Assembly (NCBI GenBank): GCA_964510165.1
Contig: CAZEBC010000091.1
Span: forward strand, 1-15,606
Reading direction: 5' to 3'
Length of the DNA stretch: 15,606 bases
Source of the DNA: an uncultured bacterium
Lineage (GTDB): Bacteria > Abyssobacteria > SURF-5
Shown: positions 7,785-15,606 of the stretch, one piece after another
Layout of the letters: each line of letters opens with the position of its first letter
How positions within the stretch are numbered: the first letter of the stretch is position 1
Notes under the pieces: model-generated
What the model was told of the DNA's origin: nothing
What the model saw: the letters and a program-made list of their open reading frames with translations, nothing else
Database searches by the model: none
Translations under genes and position numbers: made by a program

Positions 7785-10598
7785 ATGCCGAAAACGATAA
7801 AAGACGGGGAAAAAGACTACTCGAAAACTCTGAATCTCCCGAAAACTTCCTTTCCCATGAAGGCAAACCTCCCCAAGAGGGAGCCTGACCTCGTGGCCTT
7901 TTGGAAGGACGCGGACATTTACGGAAAGATTCGCGAGCGCATGGCTGGCAGCCCGAAGTTTATCCTTCATGATGGCCCGCCATATGCGAACGGTGACATC
8001 CATCTGGGGACCGCGCTGAACAAGATATTGAAGGACATGATCGTGAAATTCAGGACCATGAACGGCTTTGACGCGCCGTACGTGCCCGGCTACGACTGTC
8101 ACGGTCTGCCCATTGAGTTCAAGGTGCTCGCGGAACTGGGTGAGGCCGAGAAGAATCTGCCGAAGCCGGAGATACGTAAGCGCTGCCGTGATTATGCCCT
8201 CAAGTACGTGGATATCATGACCGAGGACTTCGAGCGACTCGGAGTTTTCGGAGAGTGGAAACATCCATATCTCACGCTCAGCCATACGTACGAGGAGAAG
8301 ATACTGACAGTCTTCGGTGAGATGTACGAGCAAGGCTTGATCTATCGGGGACTGAAGCCCATCACGTGGTGTTTCAACTGCCGGACCGCCCTCGCCGAGG
8401 CCGAGGTCGAATATGCCGACCACACGTCCCCATCCGTCTATGTGAAGTTCGAGGTGGTTGAAGGTCTGGATGGTCTCGGAGGGAAGCCCTATCTCCTGAT
8501 CTGGACCACGACGCCGTGGACGCTCCCCGCCAACCTGGCCACATGCGTGCATCCGTTTTTCGACTATGTGGCCGTAGAGGTAGGCCCCGAAGTGTACGTC
8601 ATGGCTGAATACCTGAAGCCGGCCGTGCTCGAGAAAACCGGCGCCGACCCGAAATCGAGAGTTTTGAGGCACATGAAAGGGAGCGAGATGGAAGGCATTC
8701 GGTACAGGCATCCTTTCATCGACCGCATAAGCCCGGTGATCCTGGGCGAGCATGTCACGCTTGAACAAGGCACCGGCCTCGTTCACACCGCTCCAGGACA
8801 CGGACAAGAGGACTATGTGGTGGCCTCCAAGTACGGGATTCCCGTATTCTCGCCCGTGGACGACGATGGCCGCTTCACGCCGGAGGCGCCGCTGTTTGCC
8901 GGCAAACACGTGTTCGACACGAACGACGAGATCGTCCGTTTGCTCCGCGACAAGGGAGCATTGCTCCAAGACGAGCAGATCGTGCACCAGTATCCTCATT
9001 GCTGGCGCTGCTTGAATCCGACCATTTTCCGGGCCACCTCGCAATGGTTCATAACTATGGAATCCGACGGCCTCAGGAAGCGCGCGCTCGAGGCGATCAA
9101 GAAGGTGACCTGGATTCCGGAATGGGGCCAGGAACGGATTTATGGAATGGTGGCCAATCGGCCAGATTGGTGCATCTCGCGACAGCGTTCCTGGGGAGTG
9201 CCCATTCCGATCTTCTATTGCGAGAGTTGCGGAAAAGAATTCTTCGATAGCCGCGCGTTCGCACACCTGAAGAAACTGGTGGCCGAACACGGCGTTGATG
9301 TGTGGTTCACCCGCGAACCCAAAGACCTGCTTCCCGAGGGTACTGCGTGCGAGTGCGGCTCTTCCGAATTCGTCAAGGAGGAGGATATCCTCGACGTGTG
9401 GTTCGAATCGGGCGTCAGCCACCGGGCCGTGCTCGAGACCACCGAAGGGCTTTCGTTCCCGGCCGACCTCTACCTCGAAGGCAGCGACCAGCACAGGGGA
9501 TGGTTCCAGTCCTCGCTCCTGCCCGCCGTCGCGGTCAAGGGCTGCGCCCCTTATCGAGCCGTGCTCACGCACGGGCACGTTGTTACCGCAGACGGCAAGA
9601 AGATGTCCAAGAAACTCGGCAATGCCATCTATCCCGACGAGGTGATAGAGAAATACGGAGGCGACGTGCTCAGGCTGTGGGTCGCATCCGAAAATTTCAC
9701 CCAGGACATACGGGTTTCCTTCGAGATTTTCCAGCGGCTCGCCGACGCTTACAGGCGCCTTCGCAATACGTTCAAGTTCCTGCTGAGCAATCTGTATGAC
9801 TTCGAGCCCGACAAGCATTCTGTGCCGTATGAGCGAATGGACGAGATCGACAGATGGGGGCTGCACGCGCTTCAGGAAACTATCGAGCGGGTAACCAAGG
9901 CCTATGAGTCATACGAGTTCTTCACCGCGTTCCACACGCTGTACAACTACTGCACGGTTTCCCTGAGCGCGTTGTATTTCGACATGCTCAAGGACCGCCT
10001 GTACACTCTGTCGGCGGACAATCCGCTGCGCAGATCCTCGCAGACCGCTCTCAACATCATCCAGCACGCCCTCACGCGCATGCTCGCCCCCATGTTGAGT
10101 TTCACGGCGGAGGAGGCTTGGGCGGCCATTCCCAATCAGCCGGGCCGCGAGCCGAGCGTTCATCTGTGCGCATGGCCCCGACTGGAGAAACGCTTTGTCA
10201 ATCAGGAACTGGCTGAACGGTGGCAACGCCTTCTCGATGTGCGTTCTTCGGTCACCAAAGCTCTGGAAATCGCCCGGAGGCAAGGCTTGCTCGGAAACTC
10301 TCTCGAAGCAAAGGTGGTTCTCTATCCAGAAAAACCCGATGAGCACGCTTTGCTGAGCAGCTTTGAAAACATGGCGCCGACAGTGTTCATCGTGTCGCAG
10401 GTGGAACTGCATTCGCCCGGCGAGGAACTTCCAGAGGATATTTTCGTCAAGGACGAGGCCGTTGCGGTGGCAATAAGAAAAGCTGACGGCGAAAAGTGCA
10501 CGCGCTGCTGGAATTACAGGGAGTCCGTAGGAGAGTCGGAAGAGCATCCCTCGCTGTGCAGGAGATGCATCAAGGAACTGGGAGGGACAGATGAATAA
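7785..10598 (+). CDS. ileS: Isoleucine--tRNA ligase (type 1, C-terminal zinc finger)
   Basis: [91 protein letters not shown]-terminal CTRCW...CRRC. Confidence 0.99.
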   Translation: MPKTIKDGEKDYSKTLNLPKTSFPMKANLPKREPDLVAFWKDADIYGKIRERMAGSPKFILHDGPPYANGDIHLGTALNKILKDMIVKFRTMNGFDAPYVPGYDCHGLPIEFKVLAELGEAEKNLPKPEIRKRCRDYALKYVDIMTEDFERLGVFGEWKHPYLTLSHTYEEKILTVFGEMYEQGLIYRGLKPITWCFNCRTALAEAEVEYADHTSPSVYVKFEVVEGLDGLGGKPYLLIWTTTPWTLPANLATCVHPFFDYVAVEVGPEVYVMAEYLKPAVLEKTGADPKSRVLRHMKGSEMEGIRYRHPFIDRISPVILGEHVTLEQGTGLVHTAPGHGQEDYVVASKYGIPVFSPVDDDGRFTPEAPLFAGKHVFDTNDEIVRLLRDKGALLQDEQIVHQYPHCWRCLNPTIFRATSQWFITMESDGLRKRALEAIKKVTWIPEWGQERIYGMVANRPDWCISRQRSWGVPIPIFYCESCGKEFFDSRAFAHLKKLVAEHGVDVWFTREPKDLLPEGTACECGSSEFVKEEDILDVWFESGVSHRAVLETTEGLSFPADLYLEGSDQHRGWFQSSLLPAVAVKGCAPYRAVLTHGHVVTADGKKMSKKLGNAIYPDEVIEKYGGDVLRLWVASENFTQDIRVSFEIFQRLADAYRRLRNTFKFLLSNLYDFEPDKHSVPYERMDEIDRWGLHALQETIERVTKAYESYEFFTAFHTLYNYCTVSLSALYFDMLKDRLYTLSADNPLRRSSQTALNIIQHALTRMLAPMLSFTAEEAWAAIPNQPGREPSVHLCAWPRLEKRFVNQELAERWQRLLDVRSSVTKALEIARRQGLLGNSLEAKVVLYPEKPDEHALLSSFENMAPTVFIVSQVELHSPGEELPEDIFVKDEAVAVAIRKADGEKCTRCWNYRESVGESEEHPSLCRRCIKELGGTDE

Positions 10599-10965
10599 GA
10601 AGGAACTCAAACAGTTGAAGAAGGAACTCGAGCGATTGAGAGACCAACTGACCGATGAACTGCAACATCTGTCCGAGAACAATCTGAACCGCTCTCAACG
10701 CGACTCGACCGGAGACCTTTCCGGGTACTCGTACCACATGGCCGACGTGGGTACCGACAATTTCGGGCGCGAAATGGAACTCAACATCGCCTCCAGCGGA
10801 AATGAAAGGCTTCGCATGGTAGAAGAGGCGATCGAGAGAATCGAGGAAGGAACATATGGAAAATGTGTCTCGTGCGATAACGAAATCCTTTTCGATCGGC
10901 TGAAGGTCATTCCCTACGCGAGGTTATGCATTGATTGCGCGCGCGAGGTCGAAAAGAAATACTGA
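10591..10965 (+). CDS. TraR/DksA family C4 zinc-finger protein
   Basis: Coiled-coil N-terminus, HMADVGTD tip, [14 protein letters not shown]...[14 protein letters not shown]; ggaggg SD; overlaps the ileS stop. Confidence 0.92.
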   Translation: MNKKELKQLKKELERLRDQLTDELQHLSENNLNRSQRDSTGDLSGYSYHMADVGTDNFGREMELNIASSGNERLRMVEEAIERIEEGTYGKCVSCDNEILFDRLKVIPYARLCIDCAREVEKKY

Positions 10966-10969
10966 TGCG

Positions 10970-11521
10970 TTGGAGGATGTCTTCCGTGAAACCGTGCGAA
11001 AGGACCCCGAGATTTCCCCAGTGACTGACCTGAACACTCATTCCACTCTCCGCATTCCGCTTCTCCTCGCTGTCATTGTCATCGTCACGCTCGCAGACCA
11101 GTTCACCAAGTGGCTTGTGACACAGGGCCTGACCTTGTTCGAGACCATAACGGTGGTGCCAGGGGGCGTCTGGATCACCCGCGTTCACAACAGCGGCATC
11201 GCGTTTGGCCTGTTTCCCGGCATGCCCGACGTGTTCATGGCGATAACGGTCATGAGCATGTTTGTCATCCTGTATTTCTATCTAACGGTAGAGCCGCGAA
11301 CCTTCCTGCTGAGCATCGGCTGCGCCATGATCCTTGGCGGAGCAATGGGAAACTTGATCGACAGGTACCGGCTCGGGTACGTCGTCGATTTTATCAAGGT
11401 CGGGGGTTGGCCCGCCTTCAACGTGGCCGACTCCTCGGTCAGCATAGGCGTGGGGTTGTTGTTGCTGAACTTCCTGCTCGAAAAAAAGGAGTTGACCAGG
11501 GATGCATCCAATCCTGTTTAA
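10970..11521 (+). CDS. lspA: Lipoprotein signal peptidase (signal peptidase II); start uncertain (TTG 10970, GTG 10994 or GTG 11021)
   Basis: DQFTK, HNSGIAFG, GGAMGNLIDR, VVDFI, WPAFNVADS; canonical position after ileS. Confidence 0.96.
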   Translation: MEDVFRETVRKDPEISPVTDLNTHSTLRIPLLLAVIVIVTLADQFTKWLVTQGLTLFETITVVPGGVWITRVHNSGIAFGLFPGMPDVFMAITVMSMFVILYFYLTVEPRTFLLSIGCAMILGGAMGNLIDRYRLGYVVDFIKVGGWPAFNVADSSVSIGVGLLLLNFLLEKKELTRDASNPV

Positions 11522-12278
11522 GATTGGGCCGTTCGAATTATACACTTACGGCGCGTTCCTGGCAATCGCCTTCCTCACGGCGATTTATCTGGCCTCCCGC
11601 GAGGCCCAGCGAGTCGGACTCAAACCGGAATTCGCGGCGGACATGGGCATCATCGTCATCTTGTCCGCGATCGTCGGCTCGCGGCTTTTCTACATCCTGT
11701 TCTACAACCTCGAATACACTCTCCAACACCCCAGAGAGTTGCTCAGGCTGCAGCAGACCGGCCTCGTGTTTTACGGCGGACTCATCTTCGCAGTCGCGGC
11801 GGGCATCGTGTACTGCAGGCGAAATCTGGTCTCCATCCCGCTTGCCATGGACATCGCGGCCCCAAGCATCGCTATCGGACAGGCCATCGGGCGAATCGGG
11901 TGTCTCATGGCCGGCTGTTGCTACGGCAGGCCGGCCCTCACCGTGCCCTGGGCAATCCAATTCCCGCATCTCGAATATCCTCGTCACCCGACACAGGTAT
12001 ACGAGTCTCTCGCCACGTTCGCAATCTTCCTTGTACTCTTCCAGTTCCGCAAACGCAAGAGCCGAAACGGTCAGGTAATGTGGCTCTACGCGGTCATGTA
12101 TGCATCGGCCAGATTCGTCATCGAGTTCTTCAGAGGCGATAATCCCCATATGCTCCTGGGAATGACCATATCCCAAGTGATAAGCGTTCTGGTCCTGGCA
12201 GCGGCGGCCGCAGCCGCATTTTACCTGTTCTCTCACGGCACGTCCAAAGACGCTCCGGCCGGCGCCAAGAACGCCTGA
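11502..12278 (+). CDS. lgt: Prolipoprotein diacylglyceryl transferase
   Basis: MHPILFKIGP...YTYG, GSRLFY, GLVFYGG, DIAAP...GQAIGRIGC, HPTQVYE, RFVIEFFR, TISQ. Confidence 0.95.
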   Translation: MHPILFKIGPFELYTYGAFLAIAFLTAIYLASREAQRVGLKPEFAADMGIIVILSAIVGSRLFYILFYNLEYTLQHPRELLRLQQTGLVFYGGLIFAVAAGIVYCRRNLVSIPLAMDIAAPSIAIGQAIGRIGCLMAGCCYGRPALTVPWAIQFPHLEYPRHPTQVYESLATFAIFLVLFQFRKRKSRNGQVMWLYAVMYASARFVIEFFRGDNPHMLLGMTISQVISVLVLAAAAAAAFYLFSHGTSKDAPAGAKNA

Positions 12279-12303
12279 ACATTGCTGCTAACGCCAGCTT
12301 TTC

Positions 12304-12330
12304 TGTCATTCCCGCGAAAGCGGGAATCCA
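12304..12330. repeat. CGTC/TGTC-tagged REP-like palindrome (dRS3-like ATTCCC-N8-GGGAAT)
   Basis: tgtc-attcccgc-gaaa-gcgggaat-cca: perfect 8-bp stem (12308-12327) with a GAAA tetraloop, downstream of lgt; may also act as a terminator. Confidence 0.75.
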
Positions 12331-12415
12331 TTTTGCAGCAAAGCATTATGCGCACGACATTGAGCAACGCAAAGCGGCTCAGCCGCAACCAAACAAACGG
12401 ATGAACGGCCAAGTT

Positions 12416-12439
12416 GTAGGGGCGCACGGCGCGCGCTCT
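12416..12439. repeat. Degenerate GTAG-tagged REP-like palindrome
   Basis: gtag-gggcgcac-ggc-gcgcgctct: GTAG tag followed by an imperfect GC-rich stem. Confidence 0.4.
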
Positions 12440-12465
12440 GGTCCTCAAGCGGAAACTCGCGATAG

Positions 12466-13293
12466 ATGATGAACGAAAACAACCGCCTCCATCCCGCGAT
12501 CCAGGTGACCGACCTCACCTTTCAGTACCCCGACGGACACGTTGCGCTCAAGGGCATCTCGTTCAAGGTCAATGTCGGCGAGAGCATCGCGCTGCTCGGG
12601 GCGAACGGGGCCGGCAAGTCAACCCTCCTTCTCTGCCTGGTGGGAATTCTGAAAGGGACTGGCAGTATCCGCATTCTCGGGGTCGAACTCACACCCGAAA
12701 ACGCCTCTGAGGTGCGCCGCCATACGGGGTTTGTATTCCAGAATCCGGAGCACCAATTGTTTTCGACGTCAGTGCTGGACGACGTGCTCTTCGGGCCGCT
12801 CAACCTCGGCGTCGGCAAAGAAGAAGCGCTCGCCCGCGCCGACAAAATCCTGCAAAAACTGAATATGTCACACTTCAGGCGCCGCGCTCCACACCATCTC
12901 AGCCAGGGCGAAAAGAAGAAGGTCGCCCTCGCCACCGCCCTCGCGATGGAGCCGGAACTCCTGTTGCTCGACGAGCCTACGGCAGGGCTCGACCCCAGAA
13001 GCGCCACACAGTTCATCGACATATTGTTCGACTTGAAGGACGAAGGCAAGACAATGCTACTGGCCACTCACGACATGCACCTTGCCGACGAGATGGCCGA
13101 CCGGATAGCAGTCCTGGGGGAAAACAGTGGAATCGTCAGGGAAGGAGCGCCCCGGGAGATATTGACCGACACGGATTTTCTCGAAAGACACAACCTCGTC
13201 CACGCGCATTCACATTGTCACGCGCGAACCCGCCACCAACATCCGCATCTTCACCTGCACTACGACGGCAACCACCTTCCTCACCATGAATGA
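12466..13293 (+). CDS. ECF-type ABC ATPase, CbiO/NikO-like, with His-rich C-terminus
   Basis: FQYPDG, Walker A GANGAGKST, FQNPEHQLF Q-loop, FGPLNLG, HHLSQGEKKK signature, LLLDEPTAGLDP, ATHD. Confidence 0.92.
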   Translation: MMNENNRLHPAIQVTDLTFQYPDGHVALKGISFKVNVGESIALLGANGAGKSTLLLCLVGILKGTGSIRILGVELTPENASEVRRHTGFVFQNPEHQLFSTSVLDDVLFGPLNLGVGKEEALARADKILQKLNMSHFRRRAPHHLSQGEKKKVALATALAMEPELLLLDEPTAGLDPRSATQFIDILFDLKDEGKTMLLATHDMHLADEMADRIAVLGENSGIVREGAPREILTDTDFLERHNLVHAHSHCHARTRHQHPHLHLHYDGNHLPHHE

Positions 13294-13302
13294 AGGAGAA
13301 AC

Positions 13303-13341
13303 AATTTCGGGGACATCATGCAGCATGATGTCCCCGAAATT
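13303..13341. terminator. Perfect 18-bp hairpin between convergent genes (bidirectional terminator or REP-like element)
   Basis: aatttcggggacatcatg (13303-13320), loop cag, catgatgtccccgaaatt (13324-13341). Confidence 0.7.
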
Positions 13342-13371
13342 TGTAAATGGTCTCCCCAATACACCCGGCCT

Positions 13372-14199
13372 TCAGATTACATACAGGAAACGGGTGCAGT
13401 TGGGACATGTCGTCACGGTGTGAGAATCGCGCAGCGCCTGTGCGAACGAAGACGAGAGCTGGATGTTGCAACCGAGGCAAATTTCCTCCTCAACGGCAAC
13501 CACCGGCTGGCTGACCTTCGCCTTCAAACGGTCATAGTGAGCCAGCAGGCGGGAAGCTATGCACGAACGCACCTGCTCGATCTTCTCGGCAAGCGCGTCC
13601 CCCTCGCCCTTTTCCACATCGCGCAGGTTCTCAAGCCTCATCAATCGTATCAGAAGCACGAGGTCCGAGTCGGTGCCCCTCACCATTTTCCCTTGCGCGT
13701 CATCATCAGACCTTGCGGGTGCGGCCGATGGGTGCAACATCAACCCCTCGCTGGCCTGCTCGAGCACTTTGTACATGCTTGTCGTGGAGGGCGATTCCAT
13801 AAGTCTTTCGACGAGGTTCTCGTCGAGCACCAGGCGCGATATCGAAGAGATGAAATACAGATACTTGTGAGCGTCGGAAGGCGGATACAGGATCAGAAAC
13901 ATGAGGTGCACAGGATTCCCGTCGATCGAACGATACTCAATGCCCTCCTTTTTTCGGCCGACCGCGCACAACATGCTGTCGATGGTGTTCACCCGGGCGT
14001 GCGGCACTGCTATCCCCGAACCGATGCCGGTGCTGTCAAAGCTCTCGCGCTCCAGCACCCGCTCCAGCACGGCGTCCATATCATCGATCTTGCCCTTCTT
14101 ATGCAGGAGTCGCGTCAATTCCCGTATCGCATGCAACTTGTCGTTGCTCTTAAGGTTAGAAACTATGCAGTCTTTCGATATATATTCGGTTAACTTCAT
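13372..14199 (-). CDS. PTS EIIA (Fru/Mtl/Ntr type) domain fused to a C4 zinc-ribbon domain (zf-RING_7/DUF164-like)
   Basis: LERESFDSTGIGSGIAVPHAR, GIEYRSIDGNPVHLMFLI; C-terminal LLAHYDRL...VVAVEEEICLGCNIQL...VTTCPNCTRFLY. Start placed at ATG 14199 (MKLTEYI); the track start 14271 overlaps the -10 box; ATG 14211 and 14235 are alternatives. Confidence 0.9.
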   Translation of the reverse strand: MKLTEYISKDCIVSNLKSNDKLHAIRELTRLLHKKGKIDDMDAVLERVLERESFDSTGIGSGIAVPHARVNTIDSMLCAVGRKKEGIEYRSIDGNPVHLMFLILYPPSDAHKYLYFISSISRLVLDENLVERLMESPSTTSMYKVLEQASEGLMLHPSAAPARSDDDAQGKMVRGTDSDLVLLIRLMRLENLRDVEKGEGDALAEKIEQVRSCIASRLLAHYDRLKAKVSQPVVAVEEEICLGCNIQLSSSFAQALRDSHTVTTCPNCTRFLYVI

Positions 14200-14270
14200 G
14201 CTGTTTCTCATCTCTGCCTGTCTTCTCTTTGGCATTAGCCCACCATAATTAGCCTTGGGTAATCCAAACA

Positions 14271-14299
14271 ATTATACCGTTACGCTCCGTCCATGTCAA
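14271..14299 (-). promoter_or_regulatory. Perfect-consensus sigma70 promoter for the EIIA-zinc ribbon gene
   Basis: Minus strand TTGACA (14299-14294), 17-nt spacer, TATAAT (14276-14271). Confidence 0.88.
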
Positions 14300-14325
14300 G
14301 AAATTGCACGCACCTTCCCCCAAAG

Positions 14326-14355
14326 TTGCCGGAAAGGCCTTGTTAGTGGTAGAAT
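14326..14355 (+). promoter_or_regulatory. Putative divergent sigma70 promoter for the lipoprotein gene
   Basis: TTGCCG (14326-14331), 18-nt spacer, extended -10 TG-g-TAGAAT (14347-14355). Confidence 0.55.
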
Positions 14356-14416
14356 TATAAAAACCGCTTCACCGGTCCATGGGATACGTGAACGACAAAC
14401 AATGAGGAGGGCAACC

Positions 14417-14857
14417 ATGCCGCGCAATGTCCCGTCGAAGTTGTTGATGCTCTCGTTCTGCGCAGTTGTGCTGGCGGCGTTCATCGGATGTCAGACAGAT
14501 GGTGTGAGCACCAAGGCACTGGCCGAACCGCCGCCTCCCGCGCCCGCCTACACCTTCCACTACTACCCGCAAGTCAATATATACTACGACGTCGAACGCG
14601 ACCTCTATTTCTATCCGGAGGGCGGCCAGTGGAAAGTCGCGGAGTCCTTGCCCCACGGTGTTGGGCTTGCCGGAGATTTCCTGGTGGTCGACCTGCGCGT
14701 TGGCGCGCCTGCCGCCTTCAACCCGCCGCCACAAGAGTCCGCGCCATCGGCTGAGGCGCCCAAGCAAACCGAGGCGCCCAACGAAACTGCTCTGCCGGAG
14801 CCTGAATCCGAAGTCGTAGTCGTACGGATTGACCAGATGTTAGAGGAACAGCCGTAG
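14417..14857 (+). CDS. Putative lipoprotein of unknown function
   Basis: Strong SD gaggagg (14404-14410) before ATG 14417; basic N-terminus, hydrophobic stretch, lipobox-like FIG-C; Tyr-rich core; Pro/Glu/Ala-rich tail. Confidence 0.75.
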   Translation: MPRNVPSKLLMLSFCAVVLAAFIGCQTDGVSTKALAEPPPPAPAYTFHYYPQVNIYYDVERDLYFYPEGGQWKVAESLPHGVGLAGDFLVVDLRVGAPAAFNPPPQESAPSAEAPKQTEAPNETALPEPESEVVVVRIDQMLEEQP

Positions 14858-15343
14858 CAGAGCCGCCGTACCGTAAGCGGCCACGGACATGATAGCGCCG
14901 GCGATCATCACGCCGGCTGCAATCGAAAGAAACGCGTCGCGCGTCTTGATCCCGAGCACGAACGCCACGGCTGCGCCCGTCCACGCGCCCGTCACGGGCA
15001 AGGGAATCGCCACAAACATCATCAGTCCCAACGCCTCGTAACGCCTCACCTTCTCGCTCTTGCTGCGCGCCCTCTCGAACAGCCAGTTGAAGAACCGCTC
15101 GCCGAGCGAAAACTTGCTGCCAAGCCGCGACATCGGCTCCAGCAACACAAGGATTGGCAAGACCGGGATCAGATTACCCACGATTGACAGAACAAGCGCT
15201 TCGCCCAAGGGAAGGTTTCCCAGCGGCGAAGCCGCGTAGATCATCGCCCCCCGCAACTCGCTGATTGGCAGCATCGCCAGCACGAACGTCACGCCCTTGG
15301 CCGACAAAAAGCTCGACAGGAATAGGGCAAGCGCTTCCCTCAT
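14840..15343 (-). CDS. Small multi-drug export family (COG2426-like) membrane protein
   Basis: LPISELRGA, GNLIPV, FVAIPLPVTGAWTG motifs; ATG 15343 overlaps the surE stop (ATGA). Confidence 0.88.
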   Translation of the reverse strand: MREALALFLSSFLSAKGVTFVLAMLPISELRGAMIYAASPLGNLPLGEALVLSIVGNLIPVLPILVLLEPMSRLGSKFSLGERFFNWLFERARSKSEKVRRYEALGLMMFVAIPLPVTGAWTGAAVAFVLGIKTRDAFLSIAAGVMIAGAIMSVAAYGTAALLRLFL

Positions 15344-15606
15344 TTCCGTATCTTCCAACTCCTGATCTTCTCAATCGCCGAATGGTTGGTAAGGTCCAGA
15401 TGAACCGGAGTGATCGAAATCTTCCTCGCGCGGACCGCGTTGATGTCGCTGCCCGCCGCGTCCGTCCAGCGAGGCTCCCCGTTTCCGATCCAAAAATAAG
15501 GCACGCCCCGAGGGTCCACCTTCTCCACGATCACGTCTCCATATTGGCGCTTCCCCTGGCGAGTAACGATCACTCCCTTGATCTGACTGGCCGGAACGTT
15601 CGGCAC
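15340..15606 (-). CDS. surE: 5'/3'-nucleotidase SurE, C-terminal part (5' end outside window)
   Basis: NVP...IKGVIVTRQG...DPRGVPYFWIG...GSDINAV...ISITPVHLDLT matches the SurE C-terminus. Confidence 0.92.
   Translation of the reverse strand: MPNVPASQIKGVIVTRQGKRQYGDVIVEKVDPRGVPYFWIGNGEPRWTDAAGSDINAVRARKISITPVHLDLTNHSAIEKIRSWKIRK

Noticed and set aside
7731-9866. 711-aa minus-strand ORF
   Set aside because: Antisense shadow of ileS in a GC-rich genome; no recognisable motifs.
12279-12465. Possible cobalamin or NiCo riboswitch upstream of the CbiO-like gene
   Set aside because: No B12-box or GCCACTG/GGGAAG elements seen; hairpins are better explained as REP-like. An Rfam scan would be decisive.
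14049-14070. Tandem gctccagcac repeat
   Set aside because: Simply encodes VLERVLER in the EIIA helix; two copies only.
13318-14193. 291-aa plus-strand ORF
   Set aside because: Antisense to the EIIA-zinc ribbon gene, which has clear motifs and its own promoter; starts inside the hairpin.
14255-14416. ORF-track N-terminal extension of the lipoprotein (and the 14271 start of the EIIA gene)
   Set aside because: Both overlap promoter boxes; the SD and signal peptide point to ATG 14417, and the EIIA domain begins at 14199.
1-15606. CRISPR arrays, tRNA/rRNA genes, transposases, integrases or defence genes
   Set aside because: No regularly spaced repeats, RNA-gene signatures or such protein motifs were seen; intergenic gaps are all under 250 bp.

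Overview
GC-rich bacterial chromosomal window, mostly + strand. In order: the 3' end of a 4Fe-4S ferredoxin interrupted by an AT-rich 129-bp inverted-repeat element; a divergent tungsten aldehyde:ferredoxin oxidoreductase (AOR/WOR family); a membrane TPR protein; a promoter-driven cluster of a soluble non-RD Ser/Thr kinase, SAM methyltransferase, GT2, DUF2304-like membrane protein and GT-C glycosyltransferase; the housekeeping operon ileS-dksA-like-lspA-lgt; a REP-rich spacer; and an orphan ECF-type (CbiO/NikO-like) ATPase with a His-rich tail. A minus-strand gene fusing a PTS EIIA domain to a C4 zinc-ribbon (CT398/HP0958-like) domain follows, then a divergent lipoprotein, a small multidrug-export-family membrane protein and the 3' end of surE. 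The most notable items are the EIIA-zinc ribbon fusion, the insertion whose removal restores ferredoxin-AOR translational coupling, the altered AOR cofactor motifs, and the kinase-coupled glycosylation module. All family assignments come from motif recognition by eye; no database search was run.
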